A model generated the notes under the pieces. It searched no databases, had not been told where the DNA came from, and saw only the letters and a program-made list of their open reading frames with translations. The translations under genes were made by a program, and so were the position numbers. Shown in pieces: positions 27,971 through 39,500 of a stretch of 64,000 nt of DNA (position 1 is the first letter of the stretch; each line of letters starts with the position of its first letter). Source of the stretch: the human T2T-CHM13v2.0 reference genome, Homo sapiens; the NCBI RefSeq assembly GCF_009914755.1, contig NC_060937.1; one strand, written 5' to 3'.

Positions 27971-28713
27971 CTACAATAGTTTATAGATTTGCATTACAAT
28001 TTTCTATGATCTCACCAGGAGTTTGCTGCAGCCAGGAGCTAGCTGCTGGCTATGATTAGAGAGATTATCTGTAGTAGAGTATCAGAACAATCCTAACTGG
28101 GATGTGAGTAGATTAAACAGAAAATATTACCTTCATTAAGACCATGTGCTAAGCAAATCAGCCAATCACCCTTAGGACATAATGCTAACAAGCTCTTATG
28201 AATTCTCTGCATTAGATGGTGATTTCTTATACTTTTGAAGTCACTTCATATATTTGTCATTTAAATTTATCACCTCTAAACAGAGCTGCCTATACTACAG
28301 ACATATGCTTCCAAAATGATGGTCATTCCTAAGAGAGGAAAACAGGTGAGAAAGTCTATCATCTCTCTTTATTTTCTAATAACTTTTTAAGAACTCAAAG
28401 TTCTTGATCATAGCTTTAAAAATCGTCAAATGCTGCAAATGGTATGATGAGATGAATTTTAATGTAAACAGCCTGGGAAAGGATAAACTAGTTCAATCTT
28501 TCGAAAAAAGTTTTGACAAGGTTTACAAATAGCCTTAAATATGCCCACAAATTTATATTTAATCCATTATTTCAATTGTGGGGTTCTATTCAAGGAAAAT
28601 ATTGTATTTTATAGATAGATACAGATATATACAAACCAGAGACAAAAGTTTGGAAAGGGCAAGTAGAAATCACTCAGCCTTCCAGCTAAGACCAACTTAT
28701 ATACTGTCAATTT

Positions 28714-29346
28714 TTTTAATTTTAGTTGTCATTTTTATGGTTATATAAGAGTTGTGCATATTTATGGGGTACATGTGATACTTTGATACAAGGATACAAT
28801 GTGTAATGACCAAGTCAGGGCAATTGAAGTATCCATCACCTTAAACATTGATCATTTATTGGTGTTAGGAACATTCTGATTCTAATCTTCTAGGTATTTT
28901 GAAATATACAATAAATTACTAACTATAGTCACTCGATTGTGCTACCATATGCTAGATATTATTCCCTTTATCTATCTGTATGTTTGTGCCTATTAACCAA
29001 CCCCTTTTTATTCTGTCCTCCTCTACCCCTCCCAGTCTCTGGTAACCATCAGTTTACTCTCTAGATCTATGAAATCAATATTTTTAACTCCCACATATGA
29101 GTGAGAACATGATATTTATCTTACTCTGCCTAGATCATTTTACTTTACACACTGTACTCCAATTCCATCCATTTTGTTGCAAATGACAGAGTTTCATATC
29201 ATTTTATGACTGAATATTCCATTGTGTATATATACCACATTTTCTTTATTTATTCATCCATTGATGGACACTTGGGTAGATTCTGTATGTTGGCTATTAT
29301 GAATAGTGCGGCAATAAATATGGGAGTGCAGACATCACTTCAATAC
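28714..29346 (-). mobile_element. L1MA 3' end
   Basis: CATATTTATGGGGTACATGTGATA and TTCATCCATTGATGGACACTT. TSD CTGTCAATTT at 28704-28713 and 29347-29356. Confidence 0.9.
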
Positions 29347-29489
29347 CTGTCAATTTAAATTGTTCTTATAAGGGACAGGAATTATTTTCTATTTTACTGA
29401 TCAATTTATGGCATTACTAGAGAAATAAAAATTATAATAATTTAATTGTAATAAATACATTCTCCATGAATAAAAGATTCATTCACAGT

Positions 29490-29990
29490 TCCAGATAGAC
29501 CAATGAGTTTTAATGTAACATTGTATAAAAGTATTGTCAGTGTGGTTTTAGTTGTCACTAACCTTTAAGAAACCACCATTTGTCACCTTTTGATGTAGTA
29601 TCAAAGAAGAATATTTGCAAGTATCTGGATCAACCATGAAAATACCATCTCTCCTTTAACTTAATATATTTTTGAATTTGGTCTTTCATTTTATGCATCA
29701 ATCAAAACAACACATTGCTACAGACTGAGTACAAAACAGCCAGGAGAACTCAGCTAGCTTCAATTAAGCCCGGTGTTAAAGAGACTGAAGAATATGTAAT
29801 GCAATTTCAGCCTTCTCCCCATATTATAGTTCTTTTTCATAAAAACATAACAATAATAACACTGCATGGGTTTATTATTGTGACTTTAATTTATAAGCAC
29901 TTTTTAAATTTTAATGTCTAATAAGGTAAATATAATTGGTGTTGCTCCTCAGTAATTTTTAATAGTGTTAGAGACCTATGCAAAAGTATA
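29490..29990 (+). mobile_element. Charlie1 (hAT) 3' fragment
   Basis: CTAACCTTTAAGAAAC...TGTAGTATCAAAGAAGAATAT matches the decayed transposase C-terminus. Confidence 0.8.
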
Positions 29991-30243
29991 AATCTCACTT
30001 TTTAGAGGTTCATGAAAGAGAACTTAGTGGTCCCCATATTCTTCACCAGAAAAGTACCTGCTCTAAGCTTTAACGGTGATATTGTGAACTGCGCCAACAG
30101 CCGATTTCTGAGAGAGACAGGGAGAGAGAGAGAGAAGAAAGAGTCTTTTAGTAACCTGTATCTATCAAATTGATCTTGCGGACAAACACCTCACCATCTG
30201 ATCCATCTCACACTCAAAATTCATATATTTTATACTTTTCCTA

Positions 30244-30303
30244 CATTTATGAACTCTGTTTCTCATTTATGAACTCTCTTTTCCATTTATGAACTCTCTT
30301 TCC
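30244..30303 (+). repeat. Three tandem copies of a 20-bp unit CATTTATGAACTCT(G/C)TTTnn
   Basis: Directly visible. Confidence 0.9.
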
Positions 30304-30503
30304 CTTTTAACCTTTTTTCTCTTAGAGAAATGCAGTCCATGTCTATGACACACCTTGAGCTCACATGCTCCTCCTGCCTGCTTCCCCGACAGCATTCATG
30401 GTTGACCTGAGAGGTCCCTGCCAGTTCTTTCCTTCCCTAAAATGTAACTTTTAATCTAAGTTTTAAAAGGAGCTATTTAACAGGTCCAAGGGATTCTGTA
30501 TTG

Positions 30504-30583
30504 TTAGGTTGGTGCAAAAATAATTGCAGTTTTTATCATTACTTTCAATGGCATAAACAACAATTACTTTTGCACCGACCTAA
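30504..30583. mobile_element. MADE1 (Hsmar1-derived MITE)
   Basis: 80-bp near-palindrome TTAGGTTGGTGCAAAA...TTTTGCACCGACCTAA. Confidence 0.95.
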
Positions 30584-30885
30584 ATATTTCTCAGTTTTTG
30601 AGAAATTCAGTTTTTTTTTTCTTTTTTTAATCATATTTATTATATTGTGTGTGGTGGCTTTTTTAATGTAAAAAACACATTTTGATAATTTAAAATCTTT
30701 TTCCAGAAATATAAAGATAGTTTAGAAGCTGTCTACTTGGGGGTCTTTTAGTTTTCAGCTGAGAAGACTAAGACTAGAAGAAGCTATGTGACTAAACTCA
30801 TGGATTGAACAGTGTCACTTTTCTGCCTGGGCTCTGTTGTCACGAAATTCCGGAGCCTCCATCTCCTCAACTACAAAATGGAATG

Positions 30886-31361
30886 TGTGTTAGTTTTCCT
30901 GTCGGTGTCATAATAATATACATAAGCTGAGTGGCTTATAAAAACCAAAAACCAAAAAGTGTATTGTCACACAGTGTTGGATGCTTGATGTCCAAAATCA
31001 AGATGTTGGCAGAGTTGGCTGCTTGTGAATGCCATGAGAAAGAGCCTGTTCCATGCCTCTCCCCAAGCTCGTGGTGATTTTCTGGAATCTTTGGTGTCCC
31101 CTTGGCATGTAGACCCATCTCTCCCTCTCTCTCTGCCTTCATCTTCACATGAAGTTTTCCCTGTGTGTGTTTCTATGTCCAAATCTTTCCTTTCTATAAG
31201 GACATCAACCACACTGGATCAGGCGTTCACTCCCTTGGAGTATGACCTCTTTAAGCAACGGCATCTGCAAATGCCCTAATTCCAAATAAGGTCACATCCT
31301 GAGGTACTGTGGGCCAGGACTTCAAATATGAACTTGGGGGGACATAATTCAATCCACGACA
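30886..31361 (-). mobile_element. MLT1B/C LTR inserted in a MIR
   Basis: TTCCAAATAAGGTCACATCCTGAGGTAC and GGGGGACATAATTCAA. MIR halves lie at about 30790-30885 and 31362-31475. Confidence 0.85.
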
Positions 31362-32734
31362 GTAATATTTAAAATACTCTGTCAGAGTTTTTTTAATAAT
31401 TAAATGAGGCAAAGTATAGAACATGCTTGTGCAGCCTCTGAAACACAGTCAAAGGTCAATCAATGAAGCTACTCTTTTAGCATTTATGTGTAAAATGGAA
31501 TCAAAGACACCAACTCCTTAGTGGTTTCATTAAGATTAATGCACCAGTGTGTTATAAAATGCTTAGTAGTGTCTGTTATATATTAGTATCCTAGAAATGG
31601 TAGCTTTCAGGTGGCTTAATGAGAAGCAAAAAGAAAAGCATCTCTTTTTCAGTATCAATACATCAACCAATGACAAGTGGGGAAGAGAAGAAGGAACAGA
31701 CTCCAAGAGGCAAGAATTTTTAAAAAAGAATCTCTGCATGTAGCTGCCCTGTGGGGACAGAGCTAAGGAAAGAACAACTCAGGAAACAAAAGACAATCCA
31801 TGTGGCTGTGGCCTAAGTCACATTTCCAACAGAAATTGTGTATCTGAAAGCTTTAAGTGGGACTGTTAAAATATTCAATACATTCACTAATATTAGACAT
31901 TTGCATGTTTTGACTATGATCTACTAAACTACAAACTTCTTTTTTCTAACATGACCCCAAGTTTCTCGGGAATATTAATGCTAGGTCTATCTGGCATGAT
32001 ATAAATTGTTCCCAATTTTCCTTCTAGGTATGTTTTTCATTAATGAGCCAAGGACTAGAACTACCTAGGTAAATCATGCCCTAGGCCAAGCCCAGTTTAA
32101 TTCCAAGCATGTTAAGACATATGCACTGGCTTTGGGAGACATATTTTAATTAAAAATATAGATTTATATTTTAGATGGATGAACTGAAAGTACAATGTGG
32201 CTCAAAGAGTCTGTCCACTTTTATCATAATTCCATTCACAGACTTGCCAGTATGTGCTTTCATCCTTTTCCTGATGTAAAAACATCTGCTTCTTAAGCTC
32301 ATTTATTTATTTTCTTTAATGGTCATTTTGCTCAATGCATTCCATATGCTTATTACACAATGTCTGGAAATGTCGCATCTAAATTCTTTGCATATTTTGA
32401 ATCATCAATACTTTTGTACTATGGATTGTCAGTTTCCTACTCATCTAAAAAGATCTCACATATTTTTCTCCCTGAAAGTAACTCCTTTTTCTTAATATAA
32501 TCTGATATTTTCCAAAATAATGCAACCAAGGAAATCTATTTTTTTCCCTGTGAAGCCTACAGGGATCTTTTGATACTAATACTCTTAAGAGCGTACTTAA
32601 CGACTTGCCGGTTGAAGTTGTGCTGAGGAAATCCAAGATCAAAGTTCAAAGTGGATCAGGACCAGGGAAAAAGAAAGAAAGCTAAAACTAAGTCTGTACA
32701 TAGGTACAAGGCAGCAGCAGGTCAGGGCTTGATG

Positions 32735-32756
32735 TTACGTCACTTCCGTGCGGAAG
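32735..32756. promoter_or_regulatory. Overlapping ETS-CRE composite plus an inverted second ETS site
   Basis: TTACGTCACTTCCGTGCGGAAG in a CpG-retaining unique block. Confidence 0.45.
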
Positions 32757-33688
32757 CTGTTCAACGTTGCACTTCATCCGACCCTGTGCAACACAAATGT
32801 AGTATCAAAATGAGCTGGTGTTGGCCAGCACTCTCCACCACTGACTCAAATTTTAGGAATGACTTTTCCTTTTTACAATAAAAAGAGACTTAAAAAAATG
32901 TTGCCATAGAGAGCCAAAGAAAATAATTTTGACTTCTAGTATTTATTTTGATATCCTTATATTACACTGATGAGGATATCATGTTAATTAATTTTTTAAA
33001 CTAAAAATTTAGTAGGTCCTTGTTGCTCCTCTGCCCAACTCAAAAACTATTTTTAAGTGAAAGTCATATTTACAATATATAAATCCCAACAGGTTGGGAA
33101 ATTTCTGTACTTAAAATGAGTTGAAATTATTGATAAAATCCCAGGTAAATTATTTAGATCTTTTAAAGATACCAGGTGTTTCATTAAGGTTAGTTTTTAG
33201 AGCTAATTACTGTTTGGATAATTGAGAAAAGTGATGATAATCTATTTAGTATACATATTTTTTAATCATTTAAAAATGAAGTCAAAATATGATTGCATAG
33301 TTAGATAAAATTTGTATCTACTAAGTTTATATATGTAATGTAAGAAGTACAACATTTAAACAGGTGTTGAAATAAACAAAGCTTATGAATAACACTCTCT
33401 ATTGTCAAAACTTACAGAATTGCTCACTTCTCTTCAATATTCGCTGTTTTGCTTTCACACTAGGAGATATTTTCTGTTTGCTTTCATTTCTCTTGTCTGC
33501 ACATGTATACTCGAATTGCTCCAGAACACTAATTCTAAATAACTAACAGTTTCATTTGTCCCTGGTCTTATCTGCTCAGAGGTTCTATCAAATTGGCCAA
33601 AAATTCCTTTCGTATGAGGCATACCTCAAAGACTTTTTGTGTTTTAAGTTACAGAGGCCTACACATTTCTTCTTCTTCGAACATTAAG

Positions 33689-33880
33689 CCAGTGGTTCTT
33701 AACAGGTGACAATATTGCCCTCACTCCACTGGGGACCATTGCAAAGCCTGGAGACATTGGCTACTGGTATCCAGAAGGTAGAGGCCAGGTATGCTGTTAA
33801 CATCCTACATGCACAGGAAAACCCACACAACAAAGAATAATCTGACCCCAAATAGCAATGTCAAGATGGAAACAATCCAT
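33689..33880 (+). mobile_element. MER20 (hAT)
   Basis: CAGTGGTTCTTAAC start. GTAGAGGCCAGGTATGCTGTTAACATCCTACATGCACAGG. Confidence 0.85.
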
Positions 33881-35015
33881 CATAAGTGATTCTAAAATGA
33901 CACTTAAATTAAAATTACATTGCATTGATTTAATTGTTCCTCACTCCTGCCTTGAAATCTCCTTTCTTCTTTACAGTGACTGAACCAAAATTGGTAGTTT
34001 ATAGGGAGCGGATTCTCAGCAATCCAAAAAAATAAAAATAAAAAAGCATGCTCTACATAATTGTCTACAATCATCTCTACATCAATATTTGAAGTGTATT
34101 GTAATATTCAAAACATATATTAACATGTTTCATTCCCATTTTACATTCTGTTGATGCCATATACTTTTCTGCTTATGATTTTCATCTTTCACTTGATTAT
34201 TAATAATATTATTTCAAAATATATAACACAGAAGTAGTAGAAATTATTGCTCATTCTATGATAGTTTCAATCATTTGGTTTTATTCTAACATACAGCATG
34301 GTAACAGTATATATGTATACTAAAAAAATAAAGTTATTATGTAGTATTAACAACTATAATGATAATGACAAGGATGATGACAGCTTATCTATTATCAGTG
34401 TAACTAACATTAATTTTGTACCTAACAAGTGTCAAGCATGGTGGTGAGAACTTTACTTATACCAGCTACTAGTACCATACTAGTACTTACATTATTAATA
34501 CATTTAAATTTTAGAAGGTTGAGGAATGTCAATGTAAGTCTCCCTGGATTGAAGTTACTTGTGATCTTTCCCATTTTAATAAATTTCCTCACCAGTCTGA
34601 AAGACAATAAGCATTCACTATGTACAAACTGAATGAATTAATGTTTGAAGAATTTAATCTCATTTCACAGACTCAAAATACACCAGTCATCTATTTATTT
34701 TCAGGATCACCCATTAGCTTCAATATACAGACCAGGCAATCTTATTCGCAACTTCCTCTTACAAAATAGTGCCTGGAAAATGTCAGCTTCATAACAGAAA
34801 CTTTGAAATGAATTCATGAATGAGTATTTGAACCAATTATTTTACACCCTATTATTTCATCAGAAATTTGTAAATGAGACTACAAAGTAAACATTGGACA
34901 TTGCAACAGTCTGCTTCCTTGGGGTTAACTAAAAAACTGATGAGAAAAAAAGTCATTCAGATAAAACCTTATCACAAATATGTGACTTTATTTGCTCTTT
35001 TTGACAGACTGAATA

Positions 35016-35017
<2 letters not shown>

Positions 35018-35063
<46 letters not shown>

Positions 35064-35081
35064 CCTATCTACCTATTTATC
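35018..35081 (+). repeat. (TATC)11 tetranucleotide STR with degenerate tail
   Basis: Perfect TATC units at 35018-35061. Confidence 0.95.
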
Positions 35082-36274
35082 TTTCTGTCTATTCATTCCT
35101 GTCTACTCTGATGAAATAAATAAAAGACTGTGGGTTGTTTCATCTCTATTCAATAGTGTTCATTATAAAAGCTTGATGTCTATTTCTCATAAAGTAAAAG
35201 TACTACAAAATCTAACAAGCACTAGGTATTATCATTTACGAGAGAGAGAGAGTCATTTCTCTTTGCTTGTTGAGGGGACAGATTCCCATCAACAATTTCA
35301 TATTATTATCTACCATCTGTATGATGGCTTTACATAATTTCTTACACACCATATCTTTGATAGGCCTTATTTCTGATACACAGAAAATACAATTAAGCTC
35401 TCATATGAGATCCATTACAGAGGAGGCTTGGAATAAATATAGTAGCTTTAATTTTCCCTTTCACAAACCTGACAAGGCAGCTGCTGGAAGGCTCACTTAT
35501 AAATCTTTGTTTAGAAAGAAATTCAAAATGATGAAGCTTCAGCTGTTAATGACAAAATGTGCTATATGGTCAATGGGAAAAGAAGTGTTTCCCAGGCTTC
35601 TATCTTACATACACCAAGATTAAAAGAATATGAGATAATTTAGAATGATAGATAATCATTTTGTGCCACTGAATTTTAAATCAACACCTGGGTGAGGCAT
35701 GGTGAGTAGAATAGGAAGCCAAATACATTCAAAGAAGCACTAGCATTTGCTTTTAATATTCATAAAGTTTTAAAATTGAAGCTGTACAATATGTTGTATC
35801 ACAGGTGGCACTTCAGGAAATTATGTCATTTGATGGGAAATCGGCAGGTGTATGACTATTAGCGTACCAAATGAGGTTGGACACAGGTAGGATACTGATC
35901 GCTGAAAGGGAAAAACAGCAAAATACATATCCAATCTGGATATGTAAAAATCTGTTACAAAGTGAGAAATAGCTAAGACACTATTGTCCCTAAAAATTAC
36001 ATGTCAGAAAATAAGTTATGTTGCAAAAGATGTGAAAAATCACACTAACAACAACAACAAAAAAATTAGCATCATTAACATAATGCGAAACATACAAATC
36101 TTAAGTGTTCCGTCTTTTTACTTTTGGAAATTATTTATACCTGTGCATCTAAGACTTAAAGATACGGAACATCCCATCATCTCAAAGAGTTTCTCATGAC
36201 CTTTCCAATTCACTCCAAGGAAACTCTTTTTCATTTATGTAACTATAGTTGTCCCAGTTCATGGGATATTATAA

Positions 36275-36675
<401 letters not shown>

Positions 36676-37199
36676 TAGTCTTCATTCTTATTGCTGACTA
36701 GTAAATAATTCTTTGGGTAAACTACAGTGTTCTTGCTTGTTTGTTTCATCCATTCTTCTACGATGGACAGTTGGATTATTTCTGGTTTGGGGCTCTTACG
36801 AATTTGGCTGCTAGGAAGGTTCTTTAAGAAAATCATTTTTATGAACATACGTTTTTCATTTATTTGGGTATGATTAGGAGTGGAATTGATGGATCGTACA
36901 TTGGCTGTATGCTTAACTGATAAGTAAGTGCCAACTAGTTCTTCAAGGTGATTGTGCCATTTGACACTTCCACCAGCGAAATATGACTGTGTCACTTCCT
37001 CTATAACCTAACACAAGGTTTTCAGTACATATTTTTAAAATTTTAGACATTCTAGCAAGTGTAAAATGATATCTTACTGAGGTTTAATTTATATTTCTCT
37101 GATAACTAAAAATGTTGATTATCTTTTCATGTGAGTGTTGGCTATCATAATATATGTCTTTTTTTGTTGAAGTGTCCAAGTTTTGGGCTTCTTTAAAAT

Positions 37200-38105
37200 C
37201 ATTTTTTAAAAATAATTTTGAGGTGACGTTCACATAACCTAAGATGAACCATCGTATTCGTCCGTTTTCATGCTGCTGATAAAGACATACCAAAGATTGG
37301 GAAGAAAATTTCGACTTGGCTGGAGAGGCCTCAGAATGATGGTGGGAGGTGAACAGCACTTCCCACATCGTGGCACCAAGAGAAAATGAGGAGGAAGCTG
37401 AAGTGGAAACCGCTGATAAACCCATCAGATCTCGTGAGACTTATTCACTATCACGAGAATAGCATGGGAAAGACCGGCCCCCATGATTTAGTTACCTCCC
37501 CCTGGGTCCCTCCCACAACACATGGGAATTTTGGGAGATACAATTCGGGATATGAATGGGGACACAGCCAAACCATATCGACCATTTTAAAGTGAGTAAT
37601 TTAGTAGTATTCAGTATATTCACAATATTTGTAACCACTTCCTCTCTCTAGTTCTAAAACATTTTCATTTGTCCAAATGAAAGCCACTTACCATTAAGCC
37701 GTTGTTCCTCCTCCCCGACTCCCCTAGTGTCTGGCGACCACCAGTCGGCCTTCTGTCTCTAAGGATTTATGTATTATGAGTAATACATATAACTGGTTAG
37801 AATGTGACTTATTGTGTAAAATTTTTAAAAGAATTTGTAATTTGGCATAATGTTACGAAACTTTCTTCACATTGTAACACATGATGGTACCTCATTCCTT
37901 TCTGTGGTTAAATAATATTCCACCGTATGCCCATACCACAGTTTGTCTGTCCATTCATCTGCTGATGAGCTTTTGGGTCGTTTCCAACTTTTGGCTATTG
38001 TCAATAGAGCTGCAATAAACATTTGTTTAGATGTACTTATTTCAGGTTTTTTTGGATATATAATGAGCAGTGGAATATTGGGGTTATATTGTAATTCTGT
38101 GTTTG
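37200..38105 (-). mobile_element. L1MB 3' end, split by THE1
   Basis: ACCATTTTAAAGTG...CAGTATATTCACAATATTTGTAACCAC, and GTTTCCAACTTTTGGCTATTG. Confidence 0.8.
37253..37580 (-). mobile_element. THE1C-like solo LTR
   Basis: CCATCAGATCTCGTGAGACTTATTCACTATCACGAGAA and GGGGACACAGCCAAACCATATC. Exact TSD ACCAT at 37248-37252 and 37581-37585. Confidence 0.93.
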
Positions 38106-39115
38106 TTGTGTGTGCTATTTTCCTTTTAAGTGTTGACTTATAGGAGTTCTTGTATAGGTATATAAATCTGTTGTCAAATAAGATGTAAATATATTTTCCA
38201 TTTTGTGGTTTAACTATTCCTTTTTTATAAGTACACATTTTGAACTTGGAAAACATTTAATTTATCTTTCTTTTTAAAAACAGACGATGCTTATTGTGTG
38301 ACAGTAGAGTTGACGAAGAAAGCCCTTTACAAAATTCATTTTGCTGATAGATGTAATGGAATGAGGGTCAGCCTACTGGGTGCAGTGGTTATACATTTCC
38401 CAATTCAGAAGAGGCATCAGTACAGAGGAAGGAACAATGGCTTTCCCTTTTGCTATGTGGGCTAATAACATTTGTGGTGATTTTCTTTTCAGAGCAATTA
38501 CTGAGCACAGTTTTAGGCACTATTCCTATGAGCTTAGCTTTAAGCTTTGTTCTCTTATACAGCCTTCCCAACTCTGTGAGTTATCAAGTTTTTTTTTCTT
38601 ATAATAAACTGCATTCCCATACAATCAAGATTAAGCAAGTGTTCCCCGCAACAAGAACACTGACCAATATACCAACTAGGGATATTATACTGTTTATTGA
38701 CAATTTTATGGGTGAAGTTGATTATCCAATATTTGATTATTTTTATATTAATGATTATTGAGACAGACCGTTTTAAAATATTTTATTGGCCTATTTTATT
38801 TATTATCTTGTAAATTTTATATCTTTTGCCTGCTTTTATGAAGTGATTTCTTCATAAAATTTTTAAAAGAATTTGTAAATGTATTGAATACCTATATGTC
38901 TTCTTCCACCAGGTAATTTGTTATTTCTTGTAACCCACACGGATTTAGCTAGAGTTCTAGTTAGCTCATGAGTAGGGACAGAACTGGGTTTGGAGTTAAT
39001 TTTACTCTGTACTTATGACTTAAAACCGGATTGGAATTACCTTCTGAGTAAGTGTTCCCATATTACCATATCTAAATTAGGTGTTTCATTTTTTATAACT
39101 ACGGTAGCATCTTCT

Positions 39116-39289
39116 CAGGATCAACTATATAATTTTTAGGGCCCAGTGAAAACTGAAACTATGATGTCCTTCACTAGAAAATGATTCAGAATTTTCAGGA
39201 GGTGCCAGCAGAGTGTTAGTCCAAAAGCAGGTCCTTCTACAGGACCCAGAATGATGGCACAGCCTGGGAAACAATAAAGCTGGCCCTGC
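39116..39289 (-). mobile_element. MER45A-like hAT element
   Basis: CAGGATCAACTATATAATTTTTAGGGCCCAGTG...AAGCTGGCCCTG termini. Confidence 0.7.
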
Positions 39290-39299
39290 CCCCTTCCTC

Positions 39300-39500
39300 A
39301 GTATTTATCAGAACTTGTAGTTGTAATTTTTATAAAATACGTACGGTAATTTTTCTGTTGCATTTGCTTGTTTTCTGGAAAACTGCAAGCTTCACAACGT
39401 GAGTGACATGCATACTGTATTTCTTGGGTCAGCTCAGCATCTAGCACAGTGCCTGATGCAGCAGACACCGATAAATTCTGTTTGAGTAAATGAATAAATG
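39300..39500 (+). mobile_element. L2 3' end
   Basis: CAGCATCTAGCACAGTGCCTG...ATAAATTCTGTTTGAGTAAATGAATAAATGAA. Confidence 0.75.

Noticed and set aside
32563-32685. Protein-looking frame GSFDTNTLKSVLNDLPVEVVLRKSK...stop after a CAG
   Set aside because: An upstream AG competes as acceptor, the frame does not fit the phase-1 MDCK exon, and I recognise no homologue.
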